Source of the DNA: a virus
Lineage: Duplodnaviria > Caudoviricetes
Length of the DNA: 64,000 bases
Direction: 5' to 3' (one strand)
Virus record (IMG/VR): IMGVR_UViG_3300021387_000072
Coordinates: 32,001 to 96,000 of that record
Each line of letters begins with the position of its first letter. Position 1 is the first letter of the stretch. The notes beneath the pieces were generated by a model that was given only the letters and a program-made list of their open reading frames with translations, did no database searches and had not been told where the DNA came from. Positions 28,777 to 36,923 of this stretch are shown piece by piece. A program made the translations under genes and the position numbers.

Positions 28777-29208
28777 ATGAAGAACAATACTATGAGCACT
28801 CCTTTGGACATTTTGGCAGAAGATTTTCAGGCCGAAAACGACTGGTGGAATGAAAAGGGCTTCAGGAATCCGGAATCCATGAAGCTCGATGATCTTATTA
28901 AGTATGTAGAAACTCTTAATGAGGATCGTAGGGTTGAATACATCGAATTGTTTGATGAGCATTTTAATCTGTATTTTTGGGATCCCGATTATGGTCCCGA
29001 AGACAGTCTGGCTGATCTAATCGACAGCCCGGACGATCGGATTGTAGATGAATACGAGGAGCGTTTCCCCGTGTATCATGATGAACCCTGGGACTTCAAC
29101 AACGCTTCCGATGAAGAGCAGGACGAGTACCTCGACTGGCTCGAAAGGAGGTGCAATATCGTTACTACTCCTACGATAATTGAAGGGCTTGATGAGCTGC
29201 CCTTCTGA
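28777..29208 (+). CDS. Highly acidic protein ending in DELPF
   Basis: GGAGGT RBS; very D/E- and aromatic-rich. Confidence 0.7.
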   Translation: MKNNTMSTPLDILAEDFQAENDWWNEKGFRNPESMKLDDLIKYVETLNEDRRVEYIELFDEHFNLYFWDPDYGPEDSLADLIDSPDDRIVDEYEERFPVYHDEPWDFNNASDEEQDEYLDWLERRCNIVTTPTIIEGLDELPF

Positions 29209-30372
29209 TATGCCGAAACCCGGACTGTCGTGAGACAGGCTGGGTCAACAGGGTGGTGGTTACCCCTGTTCTGATGATGGCAAACCGCTATTCATCAGCT
29301 CACCTCTATTTCCCTCCCCCAGGGAAAATCCAGGACAGCACCTGTTCGGGCGGGACATTTTCCTGGCGTGAGCCTTACTTGTTCTTATAGTATTACTTGG
29401 CGTATGGTTGGCGTTTACCCATTCTGGGCGTGTAACACCGCCGCACGGCGGCGGCTTGAACCTGTGGGTAAACTGTACCACATGCTTGGGTTAAGCAGTG
29501 AGTCGTTCACTTCAACACGCTGGCGTGAACCGCGTGTGCGTGGGGCGCACACGGCGTTCACACAGCGACTGTTCCTGAGTCTTGCTCACCTTGCGCAACT
29601 GCTCGGCCTCTCACCGCTTCTATGCGGTATCGGCCTACACAGTTGCTTATGGTGCCATGCTACAGTAACACATTCAATAGACTTGTGTTACCGGCGCAAG
29701 GCGCCTGCTTGGTGATGTGGAGAACGTCGTGAGACAGTTCGGCTCGAAAATCCCACTGGGTCACATGCAAGAGGCTAGGTCTTGCATGATGAATTAGCTC
29801 GGCGAAAGCCATTGAGCTAGTGTCAGTCGGCCTAGCCCCGACAACGTCTCGTCAACCAGACGTTAAAGTTAGGTTGACTTTTTATCCAGACGCTATCATG
29901 GGCGGCATCTGGATGAATGAAGTCCATGCGCAGAGGCTAGTCCTGTAGTTAAAATACTGACTGGTGTGTAGGCCAAGGCCCTACCGGATGGAAAGCAAAT
30001 GACCATCATTTGCCCTGTGGTTGGCAGAGCAACCCAGCCACTGCAGTCTGAAAGATGACTGTGGTCAAATTCAGTCATCCCGAAAGGGATGCATATAGTG
30101 AACTTCATCCAGCATGTCTTGCACAACATGTTGGATGATTATAGCGGATGTTCACCCCAGACTGATGAACCGCCTGCAACAGGCGTGAATTGTTGCTACC
30201 CACATGCAGTGTTTGTGCAGACACTGTATGTGGGTATTTTTTTTCTTACTTGGCCTAAACAGCATGTGTCATCGTGACACATGTGATATCTTCACCAAAC
30301 GCGGCAAGGCCGCTACTTGGTGATGTGGAGAAGACGTTCTCCAAAAATATATAAAGACTTTGGAGGTTTATC
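29209..30372 (+). other. About 1.15-kb GC-rich, hairpin-dense region without a credible CDS (candidate structured RNA or regulatory cluster)
   Basis: No RBS-supported ORF; many inverted repeats; terminator-like stem plus T run near 30197-30244. Confidence 0.45.
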
Positions 30373-30570
30373 ATGGAAAATAAAGTTTATCTTGTACAGG
30401 TGCACTTCTTCATGTTCAACAGTTATGAATGGGAAGAGGATATAACTCCTGTGAAGGTGTTTCGCAATCTGAAAGATGCCGAGGCTTTTCAGAAAGAAAA
30501 GATGGCATCTTTCCCTAAGGAAAAGTATAGAGACCATGAAGTCTCTATTACTGAACTGCCGATTTCCTGA
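30373..30570 (+). CDS. Small hypothetical protein
   Basis: GGAGGT RBS, 65 aa, followed by a terminator. Confidence 0.65.
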   Translation: MENKVYLVQVHFFMFNSYEWEEDITPVKVFRNLKDAEAFQKEKMASFPKEKYRDHEVSITELPIS

Positions 30571-30576
30571 ATCATC

Positions 30577-30617
30577 ATAATGCTCACCGCTGTGATTGGC
30601 GGTGAGCATTATTTTTT
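30577..30617 (+). terminator. Intrinsic terminator
   Basis: 14-bp stem ATAATGCTCACCGC/GCGGTGAGCATTAT plus T run. Confidence 0.7.
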
Positions 30618-30649
30618 CTCCTCATTCGAAAATTGCTGTAATGGGAGAA
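30615..30649 (+). promoter_or_regulatory. Conserved promoter/operator motif, copy 3 (2 mismatches; -10 reads TGTAAT)
   Basis: TTTCTCCTCATTCGAAAATTGCTGTAATGGGAGAA. Confidence 0.65.
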
Positions 30650-30666
30650 AAGAAAGGATGATGTAT

Positions 30667-31284
30667 ATGGTAAACCCACCTGAGGTTATACACTTCAACA
30701 ACTTCAAAGGTGTATCTCATAAATCTATTGTCACTGAGATAATAGACAAGTTTGGCCTTAAAGAAGAAGAGGCCAAACTGCTCATGCTGTATGGATGTTG
30801 TAGCAACAGGTTTGCTCCATCAAAACAGTATATTGAGAATAAGACTGGCATTCTCAAAGAACATGTCAGTCGTGTTCGCAAGAAACTGGTAGATGATGGA
30901 TTCATTGAATACAGCAATGAGAATGGCGTATATACAATCTATCTTGACTGGCAACAGTTAAGAGATCTTGCAAGCGTTCCTGCAGACAAAGTTGGCAAGA
31001 AGAAGACCAGGATTGTGGCAAAGGTAGATCACAACTGGACTCCCAAGTATGCTTACTTCAACAATAAGCATATGTCGGATGAGACCAAGATGATGCTCTT
31101 TGCCAGTGAATTCTGGAACATTCCTCTCAATAACATTTACCCTGAAGAAGACGAGACATTTGGAATGTCTAAAGAGTTCCTTGCTCAAAAAGCAAAGGAT
31201 GCTCATGAGTTCTTCTATGAGGGTGGATTTGAGAGGGAATTCCCTGAAGTGGCTCAGATGGACTTCGGTCCTGTACCCTTTTAA
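30667..31284 (+). CDS. Winged-helix DNA-binding protein, possible replication initiator/organizer
   Basis: PSKQYIENKTGILKEHVSRVRKKLVDDGFIEY wHTH pattern; followed by an AT-rich, hairpin-rich intergenic region. Confidence 0.5.
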   Translation: MVNPPEVIHFNNFKGVSHKSIVTEIIDKFGLKEEEAKLLMLYGCCSNRFAPSKQYIENKTGILKEHVSRVRKKLVDDGFIEYSNENGVYTIYLDWQQLRDLASVPADKVGKKKTRIVAKVDHNWTPKYAYFNNKHMSDETKMMLFASEFWNIPLNNIYPEEDETFGMSKEFLAQKAKDAHEFFYEGGFEREFPEVAQMDFGPVPF

Positions 31285-32263
31285 TAATCCACATTTCTGC
31301 GGAATATTTAGTTATAATTCTATATATAAAATAGTTATAGAATTATATCTAAAAATAGCGAAAAATGGGTTCCATATTATTAATGGGGGAAAATACTCGT
31401 GTTTGGTTTTGAGGGGAACTCTGTCATGGAGTCAGGAGAGACTGGCGTGGAACAGTTCTTTCTATGTTCCATTTCCTCTCCATTCCTCCTCTCCTCCTCC
31501 ACTTCCTCTCACCTCGTGAGAGCATCTCTACAAACCCACTAAGCAGACGCTAAATGCGAGTGAACTTGATACCGTCAAGTGAACGAGCATTTAGCGTAGC
31601 GTCTTCACACACTTTTAGTTTTAATACTGACTAGTGTAAGACCACTGCTGATCTGCATCGCTTGTCGCGTCTCCAAAAGAGCGACAGCGATGCGACTACC
31701 TCTTTGTTCCGAAACAAAAATTGAATATAAACATCTCTCTTCTTATCATCCCCATGCTTCTCGCTTGCGTTGGTCTCAGCGATCGCATGGGGATTACTCG
31801 TGTTGTTCCTTTATCTCTCTGTTTGTTAAACCCATATGACTCTGTGGAGTATAACATCTTTTCTTTCTTCGCCTTACGGCTCGAAAGAAAAGAGTGACAT
31901 AAGGGTTTTTAGAGATAAAGCCGCGAGAATTTGAAAAATTTGTGTTGTCCTCTCCCCATCCCCTCGCACGGCGAGGGGCTTGGTGAGGTGGTGGTTTCAA
32001 AATCTAAATAGAAAGAGGTTGATTCCATTGTCCCAAAGAAAGCCCTGCAGGTGAAATAAGGGCAAAAAAACATCGGGTGCCTGCATGGTCACTCATACTG
32101 GAATTGCTAGTTCGCCAGTATGACTTCTCGTGGATAGTGAACTAGCCGTAGGTGAATCGAAAAGCCCAGCCAGACTACAGGCGTTGTATGTAGTCAGGGA
32201 TGCGTCAAAGAAATGGTTGGCGCAAGATGCGTAGATGAGAGGTGGCGTAAGCGCATCAAATAT

Positions 32264-32335
32264 CCGGGTATGGTGCAGTGGTAGCACGCCTGATTTGGGA
32301 TCAGGAGGCCGCAGGTTCGAATCCTGCTACTCGGA
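32264..32335 (+). tRNA. tRNA-Pro(TGG)
   Basis: CCGGGTA/TACTCGG acceptor stem, anticodon loop TT-TGG-GA, GGTTCGAATCC T-arm. Confidence 0.9.
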
Positions 32336-32362
32336 CTTATTTTTATATTAGGAGGTATCCCC

Positions 32363-32764
32363 ATGTTCTTCAATGTTTCCAATCACCCCATCTTTGCTGA
32401 AAAGAGCACCTGGTCTGAAGAGCAGAAAGCCGTCGCCCAGCATATGGGCGGCAAGCTGGTAGATGTGCCTTTCCCGGTAATCACTCCTGACATGACAGAT
32501 GGAAGACTCAGAGGTATCTGTCATGAGATAGCTCGTGACCTCGCAGGTTCAGTACCATATGGCGATGCAAAAGTCGCCATGGTTGCTGGCGAGTATGCCG
32601 CTACAATTCTGCTCATTGCAGAGCTTCAGCTTTACGGTTTCACCTGTGTATTCGGACAGAGTGAACGCGTAGCTGAAGAAAGGATTGAAGACGGCAAGGT
32701 AGTCGTAGTCCACAAGTTTGTCTTCAAAGGATTCAGGACAGCTCCTGCAATTCAGCTCGTGTAA
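32363..32764 (+). CDS. Csx20-like protein, putative cyclic-oligoadenylate ring nuclease
   Basis: N.SNHP...W...Q...VD.PFP.I.P...AGEYAAT...SER..E...G.V....F.F..FR pattern, recalled from type III CRISPR ancillary proteins. Confidence 0.5.
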   Translation: MFFNVSNHPIFAEKSTWSEEQKAVAQHMGGKLVDVPFPVITPDMTDGRLRGICHEIARDLAGSVPYGDAKVAMVAGEYAATILLIAELQLYGFTCVFGQSERVAEERIEDGKVVVVHKFVFKGFRTAPAIQLV

Positions 32765-32823
32765 AACGCTCGCCCTCACGTTATTGAGGGCATTTTCCAT
32801 TTTGAAACAAAGGAGGTATCGCC

Positions 32824-33006
32824 ATGGAAGATCGCTGTATTTGCTGTGGTGCAATTATCCCCGAAGGAAGACAAGTTTGTGTTATTTGTGAAAGGAGAAT
32901 CATTCATGAAAACGGTTACAATGAGTGCACATGGTCCTTATCAGCAGAAAGCGGTAGTGATAGCAACGTTTACAACAGTAGAACAGGCAAATATGTTCCG
33001 CACTGA
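32824..33006 (+). CDS. Small zinc-ribbon protein
   Basis: AGGAGGT RBS; CICCG..IPEGRQVC..C. Confidence 0.55.
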   Translation: MEDRCICCGAIIPEGRQVCVICERRIIHENGYNECTWSLSAESGSDSNVYNSRTGKYVPH

Positions 33007-33100
33007 ATGCGAAAATCTTCATGACAGAGATATGTATGCAATGAAGACTATCGCACGCAACATGGAAGGCCTGATCGGCCTGACTCATCGTATCGAGTGA
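32906..33100 (+). CDS. Small hypothetical protein
   Basis: AAAGGAG RBS before ATG at 32906; followed by a terminator. Confidence 0.55.
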   Translation: MKTVTMSAHGPYQQKAVVIATFTTVEQANMFRTECENLHDRDMYAMKTIARNMEGLIGLTHRIE

Positions 33101-33106
33101 TCCTTT

Positions 33107-33138
33107 GAGGAGAAGTGACAGCTTCTCCTCTTTTTTTT
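33107..33138 (+). terminator. Intrinsic terminator
   Basis: GAGGAGAAG/CTTCTCCTC stem plus T8. Confidence 0.75.
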
Positions 33139-33213
33139 ATCGACAGCTCTCAGGCGTGAGTAACCGCCTGAGAGGCTGTCTTGGAGATGTAGAAAATAAA
33201 GGAGGTATCGTTA

Positions 33214-33633
33214 ATGAAAATTTATATTGGTGGTTCAGATAGCGTTCTCTCACTTGATACATGGACAATGAATAAGCTTGATAGCATGATGCACAAAGGC
33301 TATCAAATCTTAGTTGGTGACAGCACTATGACTGACAGACTTATTCAAAGCTATTTGTTAGTCTGTAAGTACAGGAATGTACTTGTATATTGCAAAGAAC
33401 GTCCAAAGATCAATATTGGAGACTTTTGCGAAGTCATGTGTATGCATGACAATGCCAATAAAGTGCATATGGCAATTGATTGCGATTATGCACTCATGAT
33501 TGGAAATGATATCTCTGAATACAAGATTGAGATTACAAATGTCAATCATTGTGGCAAATGCTGTGCATGTCACATGCCCAGCACAGATAATTGTGTTGTT
33601 GTGAAACCTTCAGAGGAGGTGTCAGCCGCATGA
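33214..33633 (+). CDS. SLOG/YspA-like nucleotide-binding protein (possibly degenerate)
   Basis: IYIGGS...ILVGD....D..IQ.YL...Y.NV.VY...M...CDY pattern; coupled to NADAR. Confidence 0.45.
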   Translation: MKIYIGGSDSVLSLDTWTMNKLDSMMHKGYQILVGDSTMTDRLIQSYLLVCKYRNVLVYCKERPKINIGDFCEVMCMHDNANKVHMAIDCDYALMIGNDISEYKIEITNVNHCGKCCACHMPSTDNCVVVKPSEEVSAA

Positions 33634-34106
33634 TCAAAGAATTTAAGAATGAATATTTCTTCTTATCAAACATGTATCCCTGTAAAATTCTGTACAAAGG
33701 ACTTGTATATAAATCTGCTGAAAGTGCATTTCAGGCTCAGAAGGTATTAGAGCCTGAAATGCAAGAGCAATTTACTGAACTGAGTGGACCAGAAGCAAGA
33801 AAGTTCGGTAAATATCATGTCACTCTCAGAAGTGACTGGCCTCAGGTAAAAGAAGAAATCATGTTAGACATTGTCCGCACTAAATTTGAACAGCATCCTG
33901 CCCTTATGGAGAAGCTCCTCGATACTAAGCAGGAGCTTCTTTATGAAGGTAATACCTGGAAGGATAAATATTGGGGAGTAGATCTCCGTACTCTTGAAGG
34001 TGAAAACAAATTAGGAAATATCCTTATGCAGGTAAGACAAGAAGCAAAAATTAAATGGAAGGAGCGTAATAAATGCTTATCGGCATATCAGTTATTATGT
34101 TCATAG
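33630..34106 (+). CDS. NADAR-family (YbiA-like) hydrolase
   Basis: FLSNMY, SAESAFQAQK, ARKFG, RSDW, KFEQH, EGNTWKDKYWG and GENKLG.ILM.VR motifs. Confidence 0.9.
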   Translation: MIKEFKNEYFFLSNMYPCKILYKGLVYKSAESAFQAQKVLEPEMQEQFTELSGPEARKFGKYHVTLRSDWPQVKEEIMLDIVRTKFEQHPALMEKLLDTKQELLYEGNTWKDKYWGVDLRTLEGENKLGNILMQVRQEAKIKWKERNKCLSAYQLLCS

Positions 34107-34234
34107 TATCTTGTATCATGAATTTCTTTGCAGAAAATGAAAACAATGAAGCATCTGCAAAAGAGGCCAGGATTACACTCTTGGCCTCTTTTGCTATGTT
34201 CATTGCATCAATCATTACTTCTTGCTTGTTCTAA
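34073..34234 (+). CDS. Small protein with two transmembrane segments (53 aa), not in the ORF track
   Basis: AAGGAG RBS; two hydrophobic segments separated by a charged loop. Confidence 0.5.
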   Translation: MLIGISVIMFIVSCIMNFFAENENNEASAKEARITLLASFAMFIASIITSCLF

Positions 34235-34792
34235 TCCACGTTCGGCTTTCGCCATCCCCTCGCATGGCGAGGGGCTTGGTGGTGTGGGGTGTTGACGAAC
34301 ATTCCATTTCTTTCATGATGACCTCCTTTCATGATGAAGCCATCTGCGCACCGATCCGCAGATGGCGCATCAGGTCAATAGGGAACAATTGAAAACAAAT
34401 TTCAATTTGTTCGTGAGTGCAAATCTCACAGACCTGTTAGTTCGAAAGTGTTGGCGTTCATGATTCTCCATGGCCTGAGGCCCCCTCGCACGGCGAGGGG
34501 CTTGGGGTTGTGGAGAAAAGATATTTCTACAAAAAATGAAATATCATGAAACCTAAATATCCTAATATGATTTGAATATGCCTATTTTGCATGAACAAAG
34601 ATTTCGTGCAAATAGGCAATTTCAGATATGAAATGGGATGATTGGAATATGCGCAATTCCGGTCATCCTAGCCTGTGAATAGCCATTATGGTGAAGGCGT
34701 CAGGCCCTGAAAGGATACAAATCGCCTCGTAGGAAATTTCCAATTTTATGAGCCATCTACGCAAGGTAGATGTGAAGAAAAGGAGAAGTAAC

Positions 34793-35296
34793 ATGATCAG
34801 CACTACTATTATTGGTAATCTCTGCTCTGAACCCGTCCTTCGTGAAATCCAGCTCAAGTCTGGTGACATCGTGAAGGCTTGCAACTTCCGCGTAGCCGTG
34901 AATAACCCCTACAACAAGGCAAAAGATCAGATAAGTGATAAGGATGTAATGTACATCCAGATCACTGCATGGCGTGGACTTGCAAACGCCGCAAAGCAGT
35001 ACCTGCACACCGGTTCCAAAGTCTATGTGGAAGGAATCATGCAGGCACAGCTTGGAGAGGATAAGAATGGAAATCACTATGCGAATAACGTTATGAACGC
35101 GAATCGCGTGGAATTCCTTTCTCCCAAGCGCACTGAGCAGACAGACGATATGGTGATCCCTCCGGATGTTGAGGAAGAAGCAGTTGAAGAACCTGCTCCT
35201 GCACCTGCTCCTGCACCCAAGAAGGCTTCACCCAAGAAGGCCGCACCTGCAAAGGCAAAGAAGCCTGCAGTTGATCCCAACAACCTGCCCTTCTGA
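34793..35296 (+). CDS. ssb: Single-stranded DNA-binding protein 1
   Basis: IIGNLCSEP, FRVAVN, ITAWRGLA, GSKVYVEG OB-fold motifs; C-terminal LPF. Confidence 0.85.
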   Translation: MISTTIIGNLCSEPVLREIQLKSGDIVKACNFRVAVNNPYNKAKDQISDKDVMYIQITAWRGLANAAKQYLHTGSKVYVEGIMQAQLGEDKNGNHYANNVMNANRVEFLSPKRTEQTDDMVIPPDVEEEAVEEPAPAPAPAPKKASPKKAAPAKAKKPAVDPNNLPF

Positions 35297-35314
35297 GTTT
35301 ATGTGATCTTAGCG

Positions 35315-35398
35315 TAAGGCTGAGATGTTGAGTACTGAGCCGATGATGAAATCAGATCATCATCATCGGCTTGTACCACATCTCAGCCTTATTTTTTT
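35315..35398 (+). terminator. Long hairpin plus T run after ssb
   Basis: TAAGGCTGAGATG/CATCTCAGCCTTA with an inner stem, then T7. Confidence 0.55.
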
Positions 35399-35444
35399 GT
35401 GAATTACTCCAAGATATAGGCGTTACGAGAAAGAAGGATTAAAT

Positions 35445-35570
35445 ATGGATGATTTTTATTCAGTAATGCACGATGTTTATTCGTATTCATGTGATTCATC
35501 CAAGTACGATGGTGAATACTGGGATGACAAGGACTTTGAAGACGATGAAGATGACGATGATGACTGGTAG
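35445..35570 (+). CDS. Very acidic 41-aa peptide, not in the ORF track
   Basis: AAGGA RBS; MDDFYSVMHDVYSYSCDSSKYDGEYWDDKDFEDDEDDDDDW. Confidence 0.5.
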   Translation: MDDFYSVMHDVYSYSCDSSKYDGEYWDDKDFEDDEDDDDDW

Positions 35571-35963
35571 TTTTAATTAAAAGTCCTGTCACTGTGTAAG
35601 TTTTTTGATTCAAATTTCGATTCTAATTTATCGGTTGATAATTTATTCAACCTCAAATATAGAATTCAAATTTGAATCAAAAACTCATGAAACTTCCAGC
35701 AACCTAAATTTCAATGGTTTGTAGAATAGCTGGTACCTCGAAACATCTGGAGATCACATAGGTCTCCAGATGATGCGCGGTTTACAAAGACATGAAGTTT
35801 ACGCGCCATCCAATTTTTATGAAACCTTCTGTCAGATTCATAATGAACAGATAAAACCATGTTGATCTTGTTATGTGTGGAGCCAATCCTTCAAGCTGAG
35901 AAGCACGTAACCTTCCGTGATCGTGGGAGTGCGGTTTACATCAATGAGGTTTACGCACACTTT

Positions 35964-36036
35964 GGACCTGTAGCTCATCGGTGAGAGCAGTGGCCTTATA
36001 AGCCATGTGTAGATGGTCCGACTCCATCCAGGTCTA
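35964..36036 (+). tRNA. tRNA-Ile(TAT)
   Basis: GGACCTG/CAGGTCT acceptor stem, GCTC/GAGC D-stem, anticodon loop CT-TAT-AA; atypical T-loop TCCGACT. Confidence 0.75.
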
Positions 36037-36223
36037 CTCATTTCTATGAAAGGAATGATTCATATGATCTAATTAGTGTTGTCTAATTATGTCACCGTGT
36101 TATGAAAAAGGAGTTTAGCATGAATACAGCAAGAAGTCCGACGTGAAGATTATCGTATTAACTTTTTTTTCAAATCAATAATCAACAAAAAAATCAAGAA
36201 ATGCCTGATAAAAAGAAAGAAGG

Positions 36224-36844
36224 ATGTATATGTACCGTTTCGTAGTTTCTAATTCTCTTAATCGCAAGACCATCATGGTTGATGGCACCAAGACCGTCGC
36301 TGAACTGTTCGCAGAAGCCGGCATTGAAATCGGCCATGCAACTCCCAATATCAATGGCAGGCTGATCAAGGACACCAGCACTGTCATCGATACCCTGAAC
36401 CTGGATCCCAACGGAACCTATCGCATTGCGGCAATTGAGAAGGGTGACAATGCCGCAAATATGACTGTCAAGGGCAATGTCCTGACTGTCGTATCCAGCT
36501 TCACTCTGGAAACCCTGAAGGCCATTGAAGAGTATGATGCTGATTGCCTGACCATGTACAATGAGCAGGAAGAACCCTCCTTCGCCATCTCTCTGGTCCC
36601 CGGCAGTGGCAACTTCAACAACTGGTCCGTTGACTTCGGTGAGTACACCGATGCAGAAGGTCATGCCATGGCCCAGCTGTTTGTCGATCTTCCTGAGGAA
36701 GATGCAGGCAAGTATATCATGGCCCAGTATGGAATGGCTCTCTACAAGCTCAATGAGCTGGAGACCTTCCTCACTGACAGCAAGATCGTCGAAAAGATGC
36801 AGGACTACAAGGCAAAGCTGGAATCTATGATCACCTTTGAGTGA
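36224..36844 (+). CDS. Ubiquitin-like (beta-grasp) domain fused to a C-terminal domain
   Basis: The first ~77 aa fit beta-grasp spacing (TVAELF.EAGI...INGR) and end in IEKGDNA; context of E2, JAB and E1 genes. Confidence 0.55.
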   Translation: MYMYRFVVSNSLNRKTIMVDGTKTVAELFAEAGIEIGHATPNINGRLIKDTSTVIDTLNLDPNGTYRIAAIEKGDNAANMTVKGNVLTVVSSFTLETLKAIEEYDADCLTMYNEQEEPSFAISLVPGSGNFNNWSVDFGEYTDAEGHAMAQLFVDLPEEDAGKYIMAQYGMALYKLNELETFLTDSKIVEKMQDYKAKLESMITFE

Positions 36845-36856
36845 TTGGCCTGACAC

Positions 36857-36894
36857 AAGAAAGCCTGCCTGTAAAAGGGCAGGCTTTCTTTTTT
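36857..36894 (+). terminator. Intrinsic terminator after the Ubl gene
   Basis: AAGAAAGCCTGCC/GGCAGGCTTTCTT plus T run. Confidence 0.7.
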
Positions 36895-36923
36895 ACAGTT
36901 ATGACGTAGAAAGGAGAATACAA

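Larger units (their letters stand above)
29438..34517 (+). repeat. Dispersed family of six hairpin + CTTG(G)...TGG elements (29438, 29693, 30301, 31960, 34256, 34482)
   Basis: GC stem closed as GC-A(A/C/T)G-GC, then CTTG 7-8 nt after the loop, then (T/G)GTGG; all on the + strand. Confidence 0.65.

Noticed and set aside
29721-29742. An rRNA gene or large rRNA fragment
   Set aside because: Similarity is limited to 22 nt and the flanks are not 23S-like; kept only as a finding.
30162-30200. Second hammerhead candidate (CTGATGA...GAAT)
   Set aside because: The core reads GAAT rather than GAAA, and no convincing stems I and III could be formed.
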